Notes: generated by a model from the letters alone, not told the origin. 63,629 bases of DNA, filler included, from Octopus bimaculoides (GCF_001194135.2; 6 parts of 5 records of this genome joined end to end with filler, not necessarily neighbours in it), one strand, 5' to 3'. Shown: positions 39,623 to 53,355, numbered from the whole stretch's first letter. Numbers and translations: made by a program.

Positions 39623-40429
39623 CGAGATATGCATTGAGATTACATCATCAGCAAATATTCCTGGATGGTGAGCAGGTATGGTTGCCATTTGCCTGGCATA
39701 CTTTTCCACAACTTGTCGTTGTAACAGAGCTACAGCTCTGAGTTATGCAAAAACTAAAACTGGACATTTAGCATCAGGAACGTTGTCAGATGCTCAGAGC
39801 CCTCTATCAGTAAGATGATGCAACTGGTGGAATTTCTATTGTGAGCTTTCTGTAGTTCTATACAATAGACAGTGGTTACAATATTCTTGGAAAACCCCTT
39901 CTCCATTCAAAATTGCTGACCTTGTGGCTACGTCAGAAACAATTATGATTATTATCCCTTTCATGTTCTTAAGATGCTATCCAGTGTGAGTTATTTTTGT
40001 AAATGGTTGTTTGTATTTGAGTATTTCCTTTTTCTTTTTTTACTTTGTATACTTGTATTTCATGTTACCTTCTAAATTAGTTGTGTGAATATTTATGTAC
40101 ACACAAACAAATACAAAAACTAATTTTTAGAAAGTAGAGAGAAATCTTATGTGAGTAAATTTGTGCTATATGCTTTTGAAATACAATAAATTTTCTATAA
40201 AAAATGTTTTCTCATCTAAATAGGTGTTTCACAAACAATATACAGTAACTAATATATCATGATTAGTAATCTAGAAAACATTTCTGTGAGATGCAAAATG
40301 CACATTTATTTATCTTTTATTTTTTATTGTTTTAGTCTTTTATGATGCTCTTATATACAATACAGCAAATGTTTTCATTTGTTTCTATTCTACTTCAACT
40401 TTTCTTTTAAGGTCTAATCTACTTCTCAG

Positions 40430-41520
40430 ATTTTTATTGGTCCACTCCTTTCCCGTTAATAATTTACATTATTCTCCATGCAATGTAGTTTACCTCTTGA
40501 ACAGTCAATTTTTTTATACCCAGTTATTTCTTTGCTACATTTCAATTCAGTCTGCTTGTTTCCATTACATATCCAACAAATGTTATCTAACTTTTTATTC
40601 TGATGTTGTCCTCTGACATTACTGACCAATTTTCTCTGTCATTACATCACATACGTTATACTGTATGTCTTTTATACAAAGAAAATCCTTCACTAACAAG
40701 GTCTGTAATTTCTTAAAGTTTTCTTACCTTCCCCTATGCTATCAACAGTTCTGTCTCTCCATCCACAAACTGATTATGTCATTTAGCTGATAAAACACAT
40801 CTATTAATTCTTTGCTCACCTGCCATTTAGACAGCTTTGGTTCATTTTCTAGCCAAGAAACCTGAATTATTTATGAGCCACAAAGGAATCTTTACATAGT
40901 CACTTGGCTTGCTAGAAATAGTACCCGAGTTACCTTCAAATCAGTCTACCATCTTAAAAGAGAATATGTGTTGGGTATTATAACAAATAAGACAGGGCAG
41001 TCATGATTAGCTGACCTGGGGGTTAAACAACATCAACAAATACAACAAACTTGTCCTGCCAGAAAAAATAACACTTTTCTGAAAGCAATCCAAACTGTTT
41101 CTGTTTTATCCATATCAGTTTTAAAATCTTCTAATTTAGTTGTTAATTTCTCTATAATCTTCCTTATTTGATAGCTTATTTTCTATGCAGTTTTCTATCA
41201 TCAAAAGAACCTCTTCTTCTGAAATTTGTTTAGATAGGTGTGACCAGCCAATTGTGATCCTTCAAGTATTTCAGTAACTAACTGAACATGTTTGTTTAAT
41301 CAAATTACTGTGACATTTCTAGTACCTACTTCTAACTCTTATGTTGGTGGCACAAGTTCCTTTATTGCCATCAGTGTAAGAAGTCTCTCTCTAACCTAAC
41401 TTGTTATGATATTCTATGAGAACCATAGCATATCAAAAAAGCTAATCTATAACCTAGCTTAATCTGTAACCAAGTTTCAAATCTAAGAAAGGCATACCCA
41501 TAAAAATATTGGACATAATT
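40430..41520 (-). mobile_element. Highly decayed RTE LINE RT remnants, interrupted near 40.8-41.05 kb
   Basis: Pieces ENFKKLQTLLVKDFLCIKD..YNVC and YAFL..EGSQL follow RTE RT motif order. Confidence 0.5.
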
Positions 41521-42823
41521 CATATTAAGAAATAATTACTACTTCCTCAAATTCTCTTTCAGCATTACATTGTGTACTTAGACATCATTCTAATATAACT
41601 AGTAACAGTTACCACATATTTCAATCTAACATAGCTGGCAAGGCTTGCCACATATTTCAATCTGGACCCAGCATCTTCAAGATTCTAACTTTTAATTTAT
41701 CTCTTACCGAATATTGTTAGTCCTGTGCTACAGATTCTCCTACTATCAGTATAGAGCACTTTCTCTCTGAAACTTATTGTCCATTCACATCATATGTCTG
41801 TAACAGCAAAATCATTTCTCTTACATCTGCTGATCAAGGGAAATAGCAATAATAATTAAAGTGTTAGTTTAATGTTGTGTCATATAGAAGGTTAGCATGA
41901 AGCAAAGATATAAGTTTAAGCTCTGCTCATTGTAAAGAGCAGAGGTTATATGGTGGTGTTGGCATATTAAAACTGATAGATGGATAGATTAATGTCACAC
42001 AGATTGTTAGAAAAGCTAATTGCATCTTTTGTTACTATGTATGGTGAATAATGATAATAATTTCTTATTTAGGCATGAAAGCTAAACTTATGAAGAAATA
42101 ATGCTGCAAAATTGTCTAATTAATGTCTTTTCCAAGGGCTTTCACATGATAAATGAGATTATTTCAGTGCGGTATCAGTTTGATATTGTAAATTGTGACA
42201 AAACTAACTTACGTAATATGTTTCAGATAAATATTTCTGTGTCTGAAAATTTATTTCATCAAGGAAGACATTGCTGACAAGCAATAAAAGACTTAAAAGT
42301 ATTTAATTTTGAAAGATAAAGTTTAGTTGTTTTGAAGTAGAAATTAAGAAACCAAATCTTTAGTAAAGTTTAGCATTATGGAATTTTACAAAAATTAGTA
42401 ATGTTTCCAAGAAGAAAATACAGAAAATTGATACATTATCTTGAGAAAGGAGTGAGTAGTTCAAGTTTTTGTTTTTTGTTTCTCTTGGAAACCTATATAA
42501 ATTAGAAATGAACTTTTTTTTTTTTTTGACATCTTTATTTAGTTTTAAATATATAATGGTAATGGTTTCCCTCTGTACATCAAATTTGTCTTGTACATCT
42601 GTTGTAAGCTGTAAAGTATTATTCTTCTTGTCAATGATTATGTATTGATAAAAATAATTCTTTTCTTACATCTCCATAGTATAATCTTTTGTTGCTATGG
42701 TCAAAATTGAAGAGTTTTACATGGATCAATATCTTGGAAATTTCTTCTTCACCATAATTGTGGTGTCATAAGATGACAATTTCTCAGCTTCTCTTCATAA
42801 TATGGAAAAACATTTCAGCTCAC

Positions 42824-42877
42824 CTGTAGACTCTATCACATGCTATTACACTTCCTGTAATTTCAGCTTGCCACTTA
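42824..42877 (-). CDS. Candidate 54-nt exon KWQAEITGSVIACDRVY(R)
   Basis: ctacttcctctag acceptor and strong cag|gtgagc donor; only one frame is open; phase 2 to 2. Confidence 0.35.
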
Positions 42878-44199
42878 CTAGAGGAAGTAGTTGTGTGAAG
42901 GAAATGTAATTGCTCTCAGCATAATCTTATAAAACCTATCTAGAATTAATATGAAATCATGCTTTGTACTAAAATTTATGAGAGGAGAATAGATTTATTA
43001 AAAGATAATGGATTACAATTAAATATTTAGGTTTGTTAATACTGAGGAAAGTTATTATACTAAATATTAAAGTGGTATGAAGTGAAATAAGGGAATTCAT
43101 TGAGAATTTACTTTCAAAAACAGTTAGTTAACATCTTCATATCAAATATGAAAATATAAAAGACCACATTTGGATTGGTATTATATGACAATAAAAACTC
43201 TAGCCTGAATTCACAACTCCTTTCCATGCTACATTGTCCTTCCTCAGGACACGATGTCCTTAGAAATTCATTCAGATATACGTAAATGTTTCTAAGCAGA
43301 ACAGAAAATCAAATATTTTTAAGAACATGGTTAGAAAATCCTAGCTTAGAGCTTATAATTGTGATATCTCTTTAGAAATGATGTTTAATTTAGGAAAAGT
43401 CTTGGAATAATCTTTGTATATTGACTAAAAAGTGTTCCTAGTGATTTCTAGTTTGTTGAAGTGTAATAAGAATAAGTGAATGAAATTTACATATAGGTTG
43501 ATGTTTAGAGGAGGTATCAAAGAAATTACAAGTAAACTCATATTAAGAAATTTGATCACATTCGTCTTTTATCTTTTACTTGGACTGCAGCCATGTTGGG
43601 GCACTGCCTTGAAGGATTTAGTTAAATAAATCAATCCCAATACTTATTTTTATACCTAGTACATAGTATGTTAGTCTCATCCTAAACTGCTAAGTTATAG
43701 GAACATAAACAAACCAACACCAGCTTTCTAGTGGTGGTGGTGGTGGTGGTGGGCTTCAAACAAACACAGGCACACGCAAGCATGAAGGGCTTCCACAGTT
43801 TCTATCTACCAGATTCATTCATAAAGCATCTGTTAACCTGGGTCTACAGCAGAAGACACCCAAATCTGAAACCATATGGGTGACAAAGCAAGCATCTTAA
43901 CCACACAGCTATACATGTATGCATATATATATTGTTGTGGCGAGAGTCATTGACACCTCTGGTGGATTAGAGAATGGACTAGCCGAACTCTTATAAAGAG
44001 TAGAGATCGGTGGTAGTGGTAAGAGAGAGCGTTTTGGTAGTCTTGCGAAGTGCATTGTGTGAACACATTGATTAAACCTCTGCATAATTTATCTATCCCA
44101 ACCTGTGGTAGGATATAAAAGAGGTAATGAGATATTCAAAGCTTGCATAGGATGGTTAAATGTTTTTTTGGTACAAAACCAATGAAAAAATTATTTAAC

Positions 44200-44708
44200 A
44201 TGGAAGACTTGTTGGCTCATATGATAAGGTTGCAACAGCAACAATAGCAGTTACAACAACTTCAACAACAATACCAACAGTTACTGGAAGTAATGTTGAA
44301 GAAGGCTGAAAATATTTCAGGTTCATTCTTGTCAGCCAGCGTAGCAAATTCAATTAGAGAATTTATTTATAACCCAGAAGAAGGTACTACTTTTTCTTCA
44401 TATTTTTGAAGATACAAAGAAATCTTCAAAGAAGAATGTAAAAATTGAAATAATGAGAAGAAGGTGCGACTACTTTTAAGAAAGTTATCCCCTGCTGAAC
44501 ATGAAAAAATACTGCAACTATATTCTGCCAAAGAAACCAGGTGAGATTTGTTTCAATGAAACAGTTAATTTGTTATCGAGAATTTTCAGTGAAAGAAGTT
44601 CCCTGTTCAATACTCGTTGGCAGTATTTAAATTTAGTTAAAAAAAGATGATGAAGATTTTGTCACCTATGTTGGGGTAGTTGACAGAGAGTGTGAAAAAT
44701 TCAAATTA
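44200..44708 (+). pseudogene. Gypsy gag remnant
   Basis: MEDLLAHMIRLQQQQ..VANSIREFIYNPEEGTTF../KKVRLL../YCNYILPKKPGEICFNETVNLLSRIFSERSSLFNTRWQYLNLVKK/DDEDFVTY..DRECEKFKL, with frameshifts. Confidence 0.85.
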
Positions 44709-45325
44709 CCATAAAAACCCATGTGATTTGCATACCTGTGTAATTTACACAGGTGATTTTCAGGATAAAGTCTTGTCAAAAAAGCTTCTATTTGTGTAAA
44801 ATTTGCACCCAAAAGTTTTAGAACTGCCAATATAGCCAGGGGGAAAAGGTTTTCAGTTGAGTTGTATTTAGCATAATTTATCAAATTTTCATTAAATAAA
44901 AATAATTTCTGTTTAACAGGCATTATATTGAAAGCTATTAAATTACAAAGTGTTTGTGTTGTTTATAAACTTTATTTTACATTTCTTGCCCACAAGAGAT
45001 TATGTCCAATCTTTAGTATACTGCTGTATGTCTTCTCAAATTACAATCACAGGAAAAGTTGTTGATAAGAATTAGCAACAAAAACAAAGCTGATAAATAT
45101 GTGCAGGTGTTGCAAATTAAGTTTAATTACCAATAAACATCAGCTTGGATGACACTTTACTCAACCAGCAGAGGAAGGTGACCGATCAAACTGATTATGT
45201 AAACAGAATTCTTTTCTGCTTATACTTGTTGGAACCTTTGATATGGAGTATTAAAATTTTAATCCCTTTCACATTTATAAAATGTGAAGCAAACTTAAAA
45301 ATTTGTCATTACCATTATTGTCAGT

Positions 45326-45470
45326 GTGGGCAGAACTTATGAATCATTTACTGCAAAGGAGAAATTAAATCTGTATGGCAATAGAGCTACCAGAAGGCAT
45401 TTTAATGTTCAAAATTGGCATAAACAGTATGACAAAGTTAAAACTGTGCCTAGTAATAAACAGACAAAAA
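45326..45470 (+). mobile_element. pogo-like transposase N-terminal (Brinker-type DNA-binding) fragment
   Basis: ESFTAKEKL..YGNRATRRHFNV.NWHKQ resembles SYT..FKL..GNRAA.R.F.V..WRKQ. Confidence 0.5.
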
Positions 45471-47316
45471 TAAAAATATACAATCAATATTATCCATATC
45501 ATTACATTTTTTCAGTCAGGAATATCCATACCACTATGTATGTCAATGGTGCTCCATTGCTAGAGGCCAGTAAGAGTCGGTGCGTTAGTTTCGTGTTGAA
45601 CTCACACCGAACATGTAAGTTGTCTTAATGATAGTTGTTGGAATTACTGTTGGTCCCGTTGCTAGAATGTGTTAAGAATTCAATTCCCCAGCTCACAATA
45701 TATCAGATGCAGCTGTGCAGTGTTAACCAGCTAAAGGAGATGTCTTCTTGGGGTTAGAAAATCACACAAATATAAAACAAGAATGCTTAGTACAACAAAA
45801 AAAAACTAGAGTGCTAACAAGAGGGCTGTGTCATAAAAAAAAAAACTACTATCAAGCAATAAGTCATCAGGATATAAAAGTGATACCTTAAAAAAGAAGT
45901 AAAAATTCAAATTCCAGGTCGATACTGTGTGAAAAGGCCAGTATTGTGTAAAAGATATTAGAAAATAAATAAATAAAAATAATAATAATATTAACTTCAA
46001 ACAGAAGTCAATCTCAAAGAGGGAGATATTGTGGCAAAAGCCATTGACACCGCTGGTGGATTAGAGAATGGACTAGCTGAACTCTTATAAAGAGTGGAGA
46101 TCTGTGGTAAGAGAAAGCGTTTTGGTAGTCTTGCAAAGTGCATTGTGTGAACACATTGATTACACCTCCTGTATGCCAACCTAGTAGGATATAAAATATA
46201 TATATCATGCTAGAATGGAAGATGGATGTTAAACGAGGACGATATGTATGTATATCTATATACATACAAAATGTGGAGTTGGCAAATTCAAACGGTTATG
46301 TATTATAGGATTAAATGAAAGTTTTATATAGTGAGATATACTTCTTATTTCCAACTGCTCTGGGACTTATTTTTCAGCTAGGTAAACTAAGACAGGTAGT
46401 CTAATGATTTGCCTGATGGAGTAATGTAATAGTTGTAAGAAGGTTTGATATAATAGACAGATCAGAAATTTGAGGAAATATTAGTATGCTGGTACCTTAA
46501 TCTTACAACCATTGCACTTCTATTATGATATCATAAATATCAGGCTACTAATTGTGACAGTAGTTAAATGCTATTGTTTCTGCTACTTAATGTAAAAACA
46601 GGTTCTATTCATTTACGATAAGAATAGTAATGAACTGATTCAAGATAAAAATAGGTGCTTTGAGGTAATATTAACAAAAAAAAAATGCAAACAAGACACT
46701 CTTTGTTACATCATAGATGTTACTAATTAATATTCAAGACAATTATTTTACAAAATCCAACCATTGGAGTGGTTACTTTTCTCATCACATTCAGCTTTAA
46801 CAAAAATCAATCTTGATATCTCATACGTAAATTTTTTTTTTTTTATATGTTTACCAGTTCAACAGAAGTTGCACTTCCTTGTATACTTGTTTTTAGCAAT
46901 CTTTAAGTGGTAAATGAAAGAGAATTCATCCTGTGTAGTATCTAAACAGTAAAATTAGTCTCCAAATTTGTCTCAGTAAGTATTAATACATGTTAACCTA
47001 TTTTTATGCCAACTAAACTGTATATTTATGTTAGTAACAATAACAATGTTAAAATTTACTACAGCCTTTATTCATGTTATTTTTTACAATCTCTGTTTCT
47101 CTCTCACACACACACACACACACAACCTCATGTATATCGTTGGTGATTTTTTCTTCCTCTGTTTTCCCTTCTTTGGACTTTCCTATATTTCTGACAAAGA
47201 GCTCTGCTCAAAATGTCAAATTTTTTTTCTTTCCTTTCCCGAGTGTCCAGTAACACAATATCTGTATCACGTCCTCGCGTTGTTTTTTGTTGTTTGTTTG
47301 TCGTTTTTCTTTTTTG

Positions 47317-47350
<34 letters not shown>

Positions 47351-47450
47351 NNNNNNNNNNNNNNNNNNNNNNNNNNNNNNNNNNNNNNNNNNNNTTAATT
47401 AATTAANNNNNNNNNNNNNNNNNNNNNNNNNNNNNNNNNNNNNNNNNNNN

Positions 47451-47502
<52 letters not shown>

Positions 47503-47661
47503 TGTGTCTGTGCGTGTGTATAGTTATAGATAAAAAAGAAAAAGAACAACGTTAATACGTACGTACACACATTCGGACAGGCTGACAGAGAGACAGAAAG
47601 GCAGAGAGACAGAGAAACACTGATATAGAGAAATAGATAGAAATATAGAAACAATATAAAC

Positions 47662-47762
<101 letters not shown>

Positions 47763-47785
47763 CAAACAGAAAGGCAGCAGGCCCT

Positions 47786-47886
47786 CAGACAAGTAAATAG
47801 ACAGACAAGTAAATAGACAGACAAGTAAATAGACAGACAAGTAAATAGACAGACAAGTAAATAGACAGACAAGTAAATAGACAGAC
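47786..47886. repeat. 16-bp tandem repeat (AGACAAGTAAATAGAC) x6 next to (GACA)n/(GATA)n
   Basis: aagtaaatag recurs at 47791, 47807, 47823, 47839, 47855 and 47871. Confidence 0.95.
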
Positions 47887-48464
47887 GAGACAGACAGACA
47901 GACAGACAAATAGATAACTCTATGAAGATAGAAAGACATTATACTCACGCTCGCACACGTACACCCATACACTAACACAAACTAACTCACACTCGCATAC
48001 AGAAACATCTAGACATGTAAATCCATGTTTAATCATACTGGTTTCTGTTATTTGAAATAAGTTTTATGTAAAGATTGATTGTTTTGGTTTTTATATAAAA
48101 TGGCGTTTTTTTATGATGCTATTGTTTTTTGTTGTTGTTTTTTTCTATCGTTTTTCGGGGTTTTTTTGTTTTGGTTTTTTAATGGACTGACACGATTTCT
48201 ATGTAAGAACAGACATTGATTAAGCATAGTCATGCCTCGCTGCTTTTTGGTTATGTCGCCAATGATCAGGCTCAATTTTTAAAAAAATACAAGACCCTAT
48301 GTATATCTATGTCTATATCTACTTCCTTTGCAGTCAATATATCGATTTTATGTAATGAATGTGTCTGCATACACCTACTAAAATACTCGCCTACAGTAAA
48401 AACTGTGTAAACCGTTTTATGCACACACACACAAGCATGCGCGTGCCCATGTGCATGCACGTAT

Positions 48465-48510
<46 letters not shown>

Positions 48511-49014
48511 NNNNNNNNNNNNNNNNNNNNNNNNNNNNNNNNNNNNNNNNNNNNNNNNNNNNNNNNNNNNNNNNNNNNNNNNNNNNNNNNNNNNNNNNNN
48601 NNNNNNNNNNCGTACATACGTACATACGTACATACATACATATATACATACATACATACAATCATGCGTACGAACGTACATACATACATACATACAAATT
48701 TATTATTCTTAAAGAAGAATATTATTGATAGTGACTTCGATGTTCCGGTCCGCAAGGCCATCGTTCGGACTGCGATGCTTTGAAGCTAATCTCGGCTTTA
48801 TGTAATCTCTGTTGATTTAAAATTGTTTGTGGGTATTTGGGTTTGAGTGGTGTGGGAACTAGGTTGTAGTGTGGGTTGTGATGGAGAGGTATTTTAGAGA
48901 AATTTTTATTGATTAAATTTGGGGCTATGTCATCCATAGATGCATGTAGAAATTTGTAAGTAAGTGTGTATATTTAGGTGTGTCAGTATCAGGTCATGAT
49001 ATTCCTTTCTAGTG

Positions 49015-49333
49015 TTTTTTTTACTTGTTTCAGTCATTTGACTGCGACCATGCTGGAGCACCGCCTTTAGTCGAGTAAACTGACCCTAGGACTTATTCTT
49101 TGTGAGTCTAGTACTTATTCTGTCGGTCCCTTTTGCTGAATCGCTAAGTTACGGAGACGTAAACACACCAGCATCGGTTGTCAAGCAATGGTGGGGGTAT
49201 AAACACAGATACACAAACACAGACACACACAAACACACACACACATATACATATATACATACGACGGGCTTCTTTCAGTTTCCGTCTACCAAATCCACTT
49301 GTCCAAGATGCCACGCAGTGGGACTGAACCCGG
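49015..49333 (-). mobile_element. Bipartite SINE copy
   Basis: Reverse complement of the tail (49015-49190), microsatellite, then truncated head. Confidence 0.85.
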
Positions 49334-49984
49334 ATTCACAAAAATTATATAATATAAGTAGGTATAGGATTTTTTTTTTATCAGAGGGCGTGCCAGAAGT
49401 TCTAGTTATCTTTGGTTTTATTGGATTTACTAATCCTTTGCTTTGAAAATGTAAAAGATCAAAGTTTTAGGGCTTAGTCGAGTATTTGAAACTTAGTGAT
49501 TGGGTGTGTCAACGTTTTTCTAAATGGAATTTTTATGGGTTTACAAAAGAATGTCAGTAGGTGGTATGTTTTAGCTGATCAGTTTCTTTACTTGTTGTTG
49601 TTGTTATTTAAGGTATTTTCTGTTTGTATTTAAAAGGTGAGAGTTATCACCATTACTAACAAACTACAACNNNNNNNNNNGTGCCAGAAGTTCTAGTTAT
49701 CTTTGGTTTTATTGGATTTACTAATCCTTTGCTTTGAAAATGTAAAAGATCAAAGTTTTAGGGCTTAGTCGAGTATTTGAAACTTAGTGATTGGGTGTGT
49801 CAACGTTTTTCTAAATGGAATTTTTATGGGTTTACAAAAGAATGTCAGTAGGTGGTATGTTTTAGCTGATCAGTTTCTTTACTTGTTGTTGTTGTTATTT
49901 AAGGTATTTTCTGTTTGTATTTAAAAGGTGAGAGTTATCACCATTACTAACAAACTACAACCCACAAAAAGCTAAAGTTAGGAA

Positions 49985-50330
49985 AGAACTAGTGAGAATT
50001 TACAAAAAACACAAAAGACGAAGACGGGTATGTAAACAATAAACAGATGTATTAGTTTAAAGCTCGGGAAGTGATGAAGTGTTTTACGTTTCGAGCCTAC
50101 GCTCTTCGACAGAATGGAACACAGAAGTAAACAGGGAGAGAAAATAGAAAAAAGTTTAGTGATCTAACATGGCGAATGCTGGACAGAGGTGGTCTGACAG
50201 GAAAGCTAGGAATAAGGTGAGATAATAAAGTAGTGGTGATCCCAAAACGAAGGTGCGCGTGCGTGTATATGTGAGAGCGCGTATGTACGTGTGGAAGGAG
50301 GCTGGTGACCTTGACGTGTGCGTGTGTGCA
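49985..50330 (-). mobile_element. Penelope pseudo-LTR-like repeat carrying a minimal hammerhead-like motif (50082-50114)
   Basis: Minus strand tt-CUGUCGA-A-GAGC-gtag-GCUC-GAAAC-GUA-aaa; related copy at about 56570-56645. Confidence 0.55.
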
Positions 50331-50855
50331 TGTCTAGGTGTGTGATGATGGTGTAGTTGCTGGGAAGTGGTCAGTGCTAGTATGTGCGGGGTGGTGTGAT
50401 GTGGTGTGGTGTGGTATAGTGGTGTGTGGTGTGGTGGTGTGGCGTGGTGGTGTGGCGTGGTGGTGTGGCGTGGTGGTGTGGCGTGGNNNNNNNNNNNNNN
50501 NNNNNNNNNNNNNNNNNNNNNNNNNNNNNNTTAATTAATTAANNNNNNNNNNNNNNNNNNNNNNNNNNNNNNNNNNNNNNNNNNNNCAATTATTTTAATG
50601 CCTGAGAGATCCGTAAAAAATATACAAATATGGCTTTCGAGGCCTAAGGTAACCCTTTTTGAGCCGGTAGACTATATCAATAATTCTATTGACCATGTAG
50701 GAAACTTCTTCACTTCTGACTCTCTATGCATGCATGTATGTACGTTTAATTTTGTATATCCATATTTATATATGTATATGTGTATAGTATATATGAATAC
50801 AGAAATAGACAGATAGACAGATAGACAGACAGACAGACAAACAGACAGTAAGATC

Positions 50856-50908
<53 letters not shown>

Positions 50909-51219
50909 GGGGGAGGAGAGAAAGAGAGAGATCTTCAAAGAACTTTGCTAGGAAGAATACCAAGTTAGTAAACTTAAGATAGCTAGGAGCTATAATTAAC
51001 TAAACACACACACACCAAACTCACATACACACAGAGGCTAACCACGCACACATACGCACGCGCGCATGCACACGCACGCGCGCATGCACACGCACACAAA
51101 CACACACACAGCCCTACCAGGCACATACATATAAAAAATTTGTAACTCTTGGGCTCATTAAACCTCTGTTTTATCGACTTCTCCGCCTCGCTCACTCACC
51201 CTCCTTTTTTACACATTAG

Positions 51220-51378
51220 GGGTCGCTGCCGTGCGCCTGGATCGTGAAGAACAATTCTATAATTACAGGATGAGTCGCGTACTCAGACACCTGTTCAGCA
51301 GACATCTCACTGTCTGGATGGCTACCCCAATAAAAGCACATGCCGGCTTAGAGACAGTATATCGCAGCTATTATCCAA
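51220..51378 (+). CDS. Candidate host exon of an unrecognised protein: VAAVRLDREEQFYNYRMSRVLRHLFSRHLTVWMATPIKAHAGLETVYRSYYP
   Basis: Pyrimidine tract and cattag acceptor, caa|gtgaga donor, 159 nt, phase 1 to 1, only one frame open, non-repetitive composition amid microsatellites. Confidence 0.6.
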
Positions 51379-52479
51379 GTGAGAAGGGATGGCAACGCGC
51401 CTGCTTGTTGTTCTGCGCTTGTGTATATGGGTGGGTGTCACCTTTCTGACTGAATATTTCTGTGTTGGTGTATGCGCGCGCGCGCGTGTTTACGCGCGCG
51501 CGTGCGTATGTTTGCCTGTCTGTGTGTATGTGTGTGCGCGTGCATATGTTAGTGCGTGTGTGAGTGTGTGAATGTCTGTGTATGTGTGCGCGTGTATGTA
51601 TACGTGTATGTAAGTGGTGTGTGTGCGTGTACACACAGTATACACATTAGAGTAAACTTTTTCACAGGAGTATACACGTGTACACACATACACACATACA
51701 CAGACAGATAGATAAATAGATAGATAGATTGATACACATATGCACATTCATAAAAATACACACCCATGTAACATACATACATGCACACATGAGTATATAC
51801 ATAAACACACATTCTCTTCCTCACTCTCTTCCTCTCTCTCTCTCTCTCTCTCTCTCCCTCTCTCTCTCTCGCACACTCACATACGCACACGCACACGTAC
51901 ACACACACACACACACTCAATGAATGCATGCACTGGAGGAAATTTGTTGAGTTTTTTTAAAGTTTGTGTATGTACTTTCTATGTACTTTATAATGTATCA
52001 AATCAATCAATCTCTCTCATTCTCTNNNNNNNNNNNNNNNNNNNNNNNNNNNNNNNNNNNNNNNNNNNNNNNNNNNNNNNNNNNNNNNNNNNNNNNNNNN
52101 NNNNNNNNNNNNNNNNNNNNNNNNNNNNNNNNNNNNNNNNNNNNNNNNNNNNNNNNNNNNNNNNNNNNNNNNNNNNNNNNNNNNNNNNNNNNNNNNNNNN
52201 NNNNNNNNNNNNNNNNNNNNNNNNNNNNNNNNNNNNNNNNNNNNNNNNNNNNNNNNNNNNNNNNNNNNNNNNNNNNNNNNNNNNNNNNNNNNNNNNNNNN
52301 NNNNNNNNNNNNNNNNNNNNNNNNNNNNNNNNNNNNNNNNNNNNNNNNNNNNNNNNNNNNNNNNNNNNNNNNNNNNNNNNNNNNNNNNNNNNNNNNNNNN
52401 NNNNNNNNNNTATATATATATATATGCATACATATATATCTGTGTGTGTGTGTGTGTATTTATGTGTGTGCGTCTCTTT

Positions 52480-52682
52480 GTATCTGTGTTTTCTCTCCCA
52501 CCACTGCTTGACAACCGATGTTGGTGCGTTTATGTCCTCTGAAACTTAGCGGTTCGGCCAAACAGTCTGATAGAATAAGTACTAGGCTTACAAAGAATAA
52601 GTCCTGGGGTCGATTTGTTCGACTAAAGGCAGTGCTACAGCTTGGCTGCAGTCAGATGACTGAAACAAGTAAAAGAGTAAAA
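52480..52682 (+). mobile_element. Bipartite SINE tail
   Basis: cttgacaaccgatgttggtg...cagatgactgaaacaagtaaaagagta. Confidence 0.85.
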
Positions 52683-53102
52683 GAGAATATATATATATAT
52701 GTATATATATATATACATACATGCATATATGTGTGTGTAAGAGAGTGTGTTTGTGTAGATATGCGCGTGTGTGTGTGTGTGTGTGTGTGTAAGAAAGAGA
52801 ATGTGTGTGAGAAAGTTAGCGTGTGTTTGGACATGGGTGTGTGTAACTAGTAAACTACTAGAGTTCTGTGACCTACTAAAACATCAATTGGACTGGATTA
52901 CTTCAGAGGAAGCGAACCACCAATGCTTTATTTACGCTGACCGTCCGGTGTCATCGATATCTTTTCGCAAATACATATCCACAAGTGCGAGTGTTTATAA
53001 AAATATATATACACGCAAAGATAGGCGTATGTATTTATATACACGAAAGGAAATGTATCTAAGTACACATGCGCGAGCACGCACACGCGCACATATGTAT
53101 AC

Positions 53103-53155
<53 letters not shown>

Positions 53156-53256
53156 NNNNNNNNNNNNNNNNNNNNNNNNNNNNNNNNNNNNNNNNNNNNN
53201 NNNNNNNNNNNNNNNNNNNNNNNNAGGAAAAGAGATCTATATAAGTATGTATATAT

Positions 53257-53355
<99 letters not shown>

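Larger units (their letters stand above)
43933..46196 (+). mobile_element. Internally deleted Ty3/gypsy LTR retrotransposon
   Basis: Related LTRs at about 43933-44120 and 46030-46196; polypurine tract aaagagggaga just before the 3' LTR; TATAT on both flanks; gag remnant inside. Confidence 0.85.
22700..47200. other. CpG-depleted domain (putative methylated gene body)
   Basis: CG dinucleotides are rare here by eye and frequent on both sides; older repeats inside show CG to TG/CA changes. Confidence 0.65.

Noticed and set aside
46855-46945. Minus-strand exon-like segment with in-frame TGA after CNFC (possible selenocysteine)
   Set aside because: All frames contain stops, the phase does not fit the next candidate exon, and no SECIS was seen.
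47786-47886. Regular repeats as a CRISPR array (also 29545-29975)
   Set aside because: Head-to-tail repeats without unique spacers in a eukaryotic context; no cas genes.
49390-49961. Exact 281-bp direct repeat (49390-49670 and 49681-49961)
   Set aside because: Identical copies separated by exactly 10 Ns; most likely an unmerged contig overlap.
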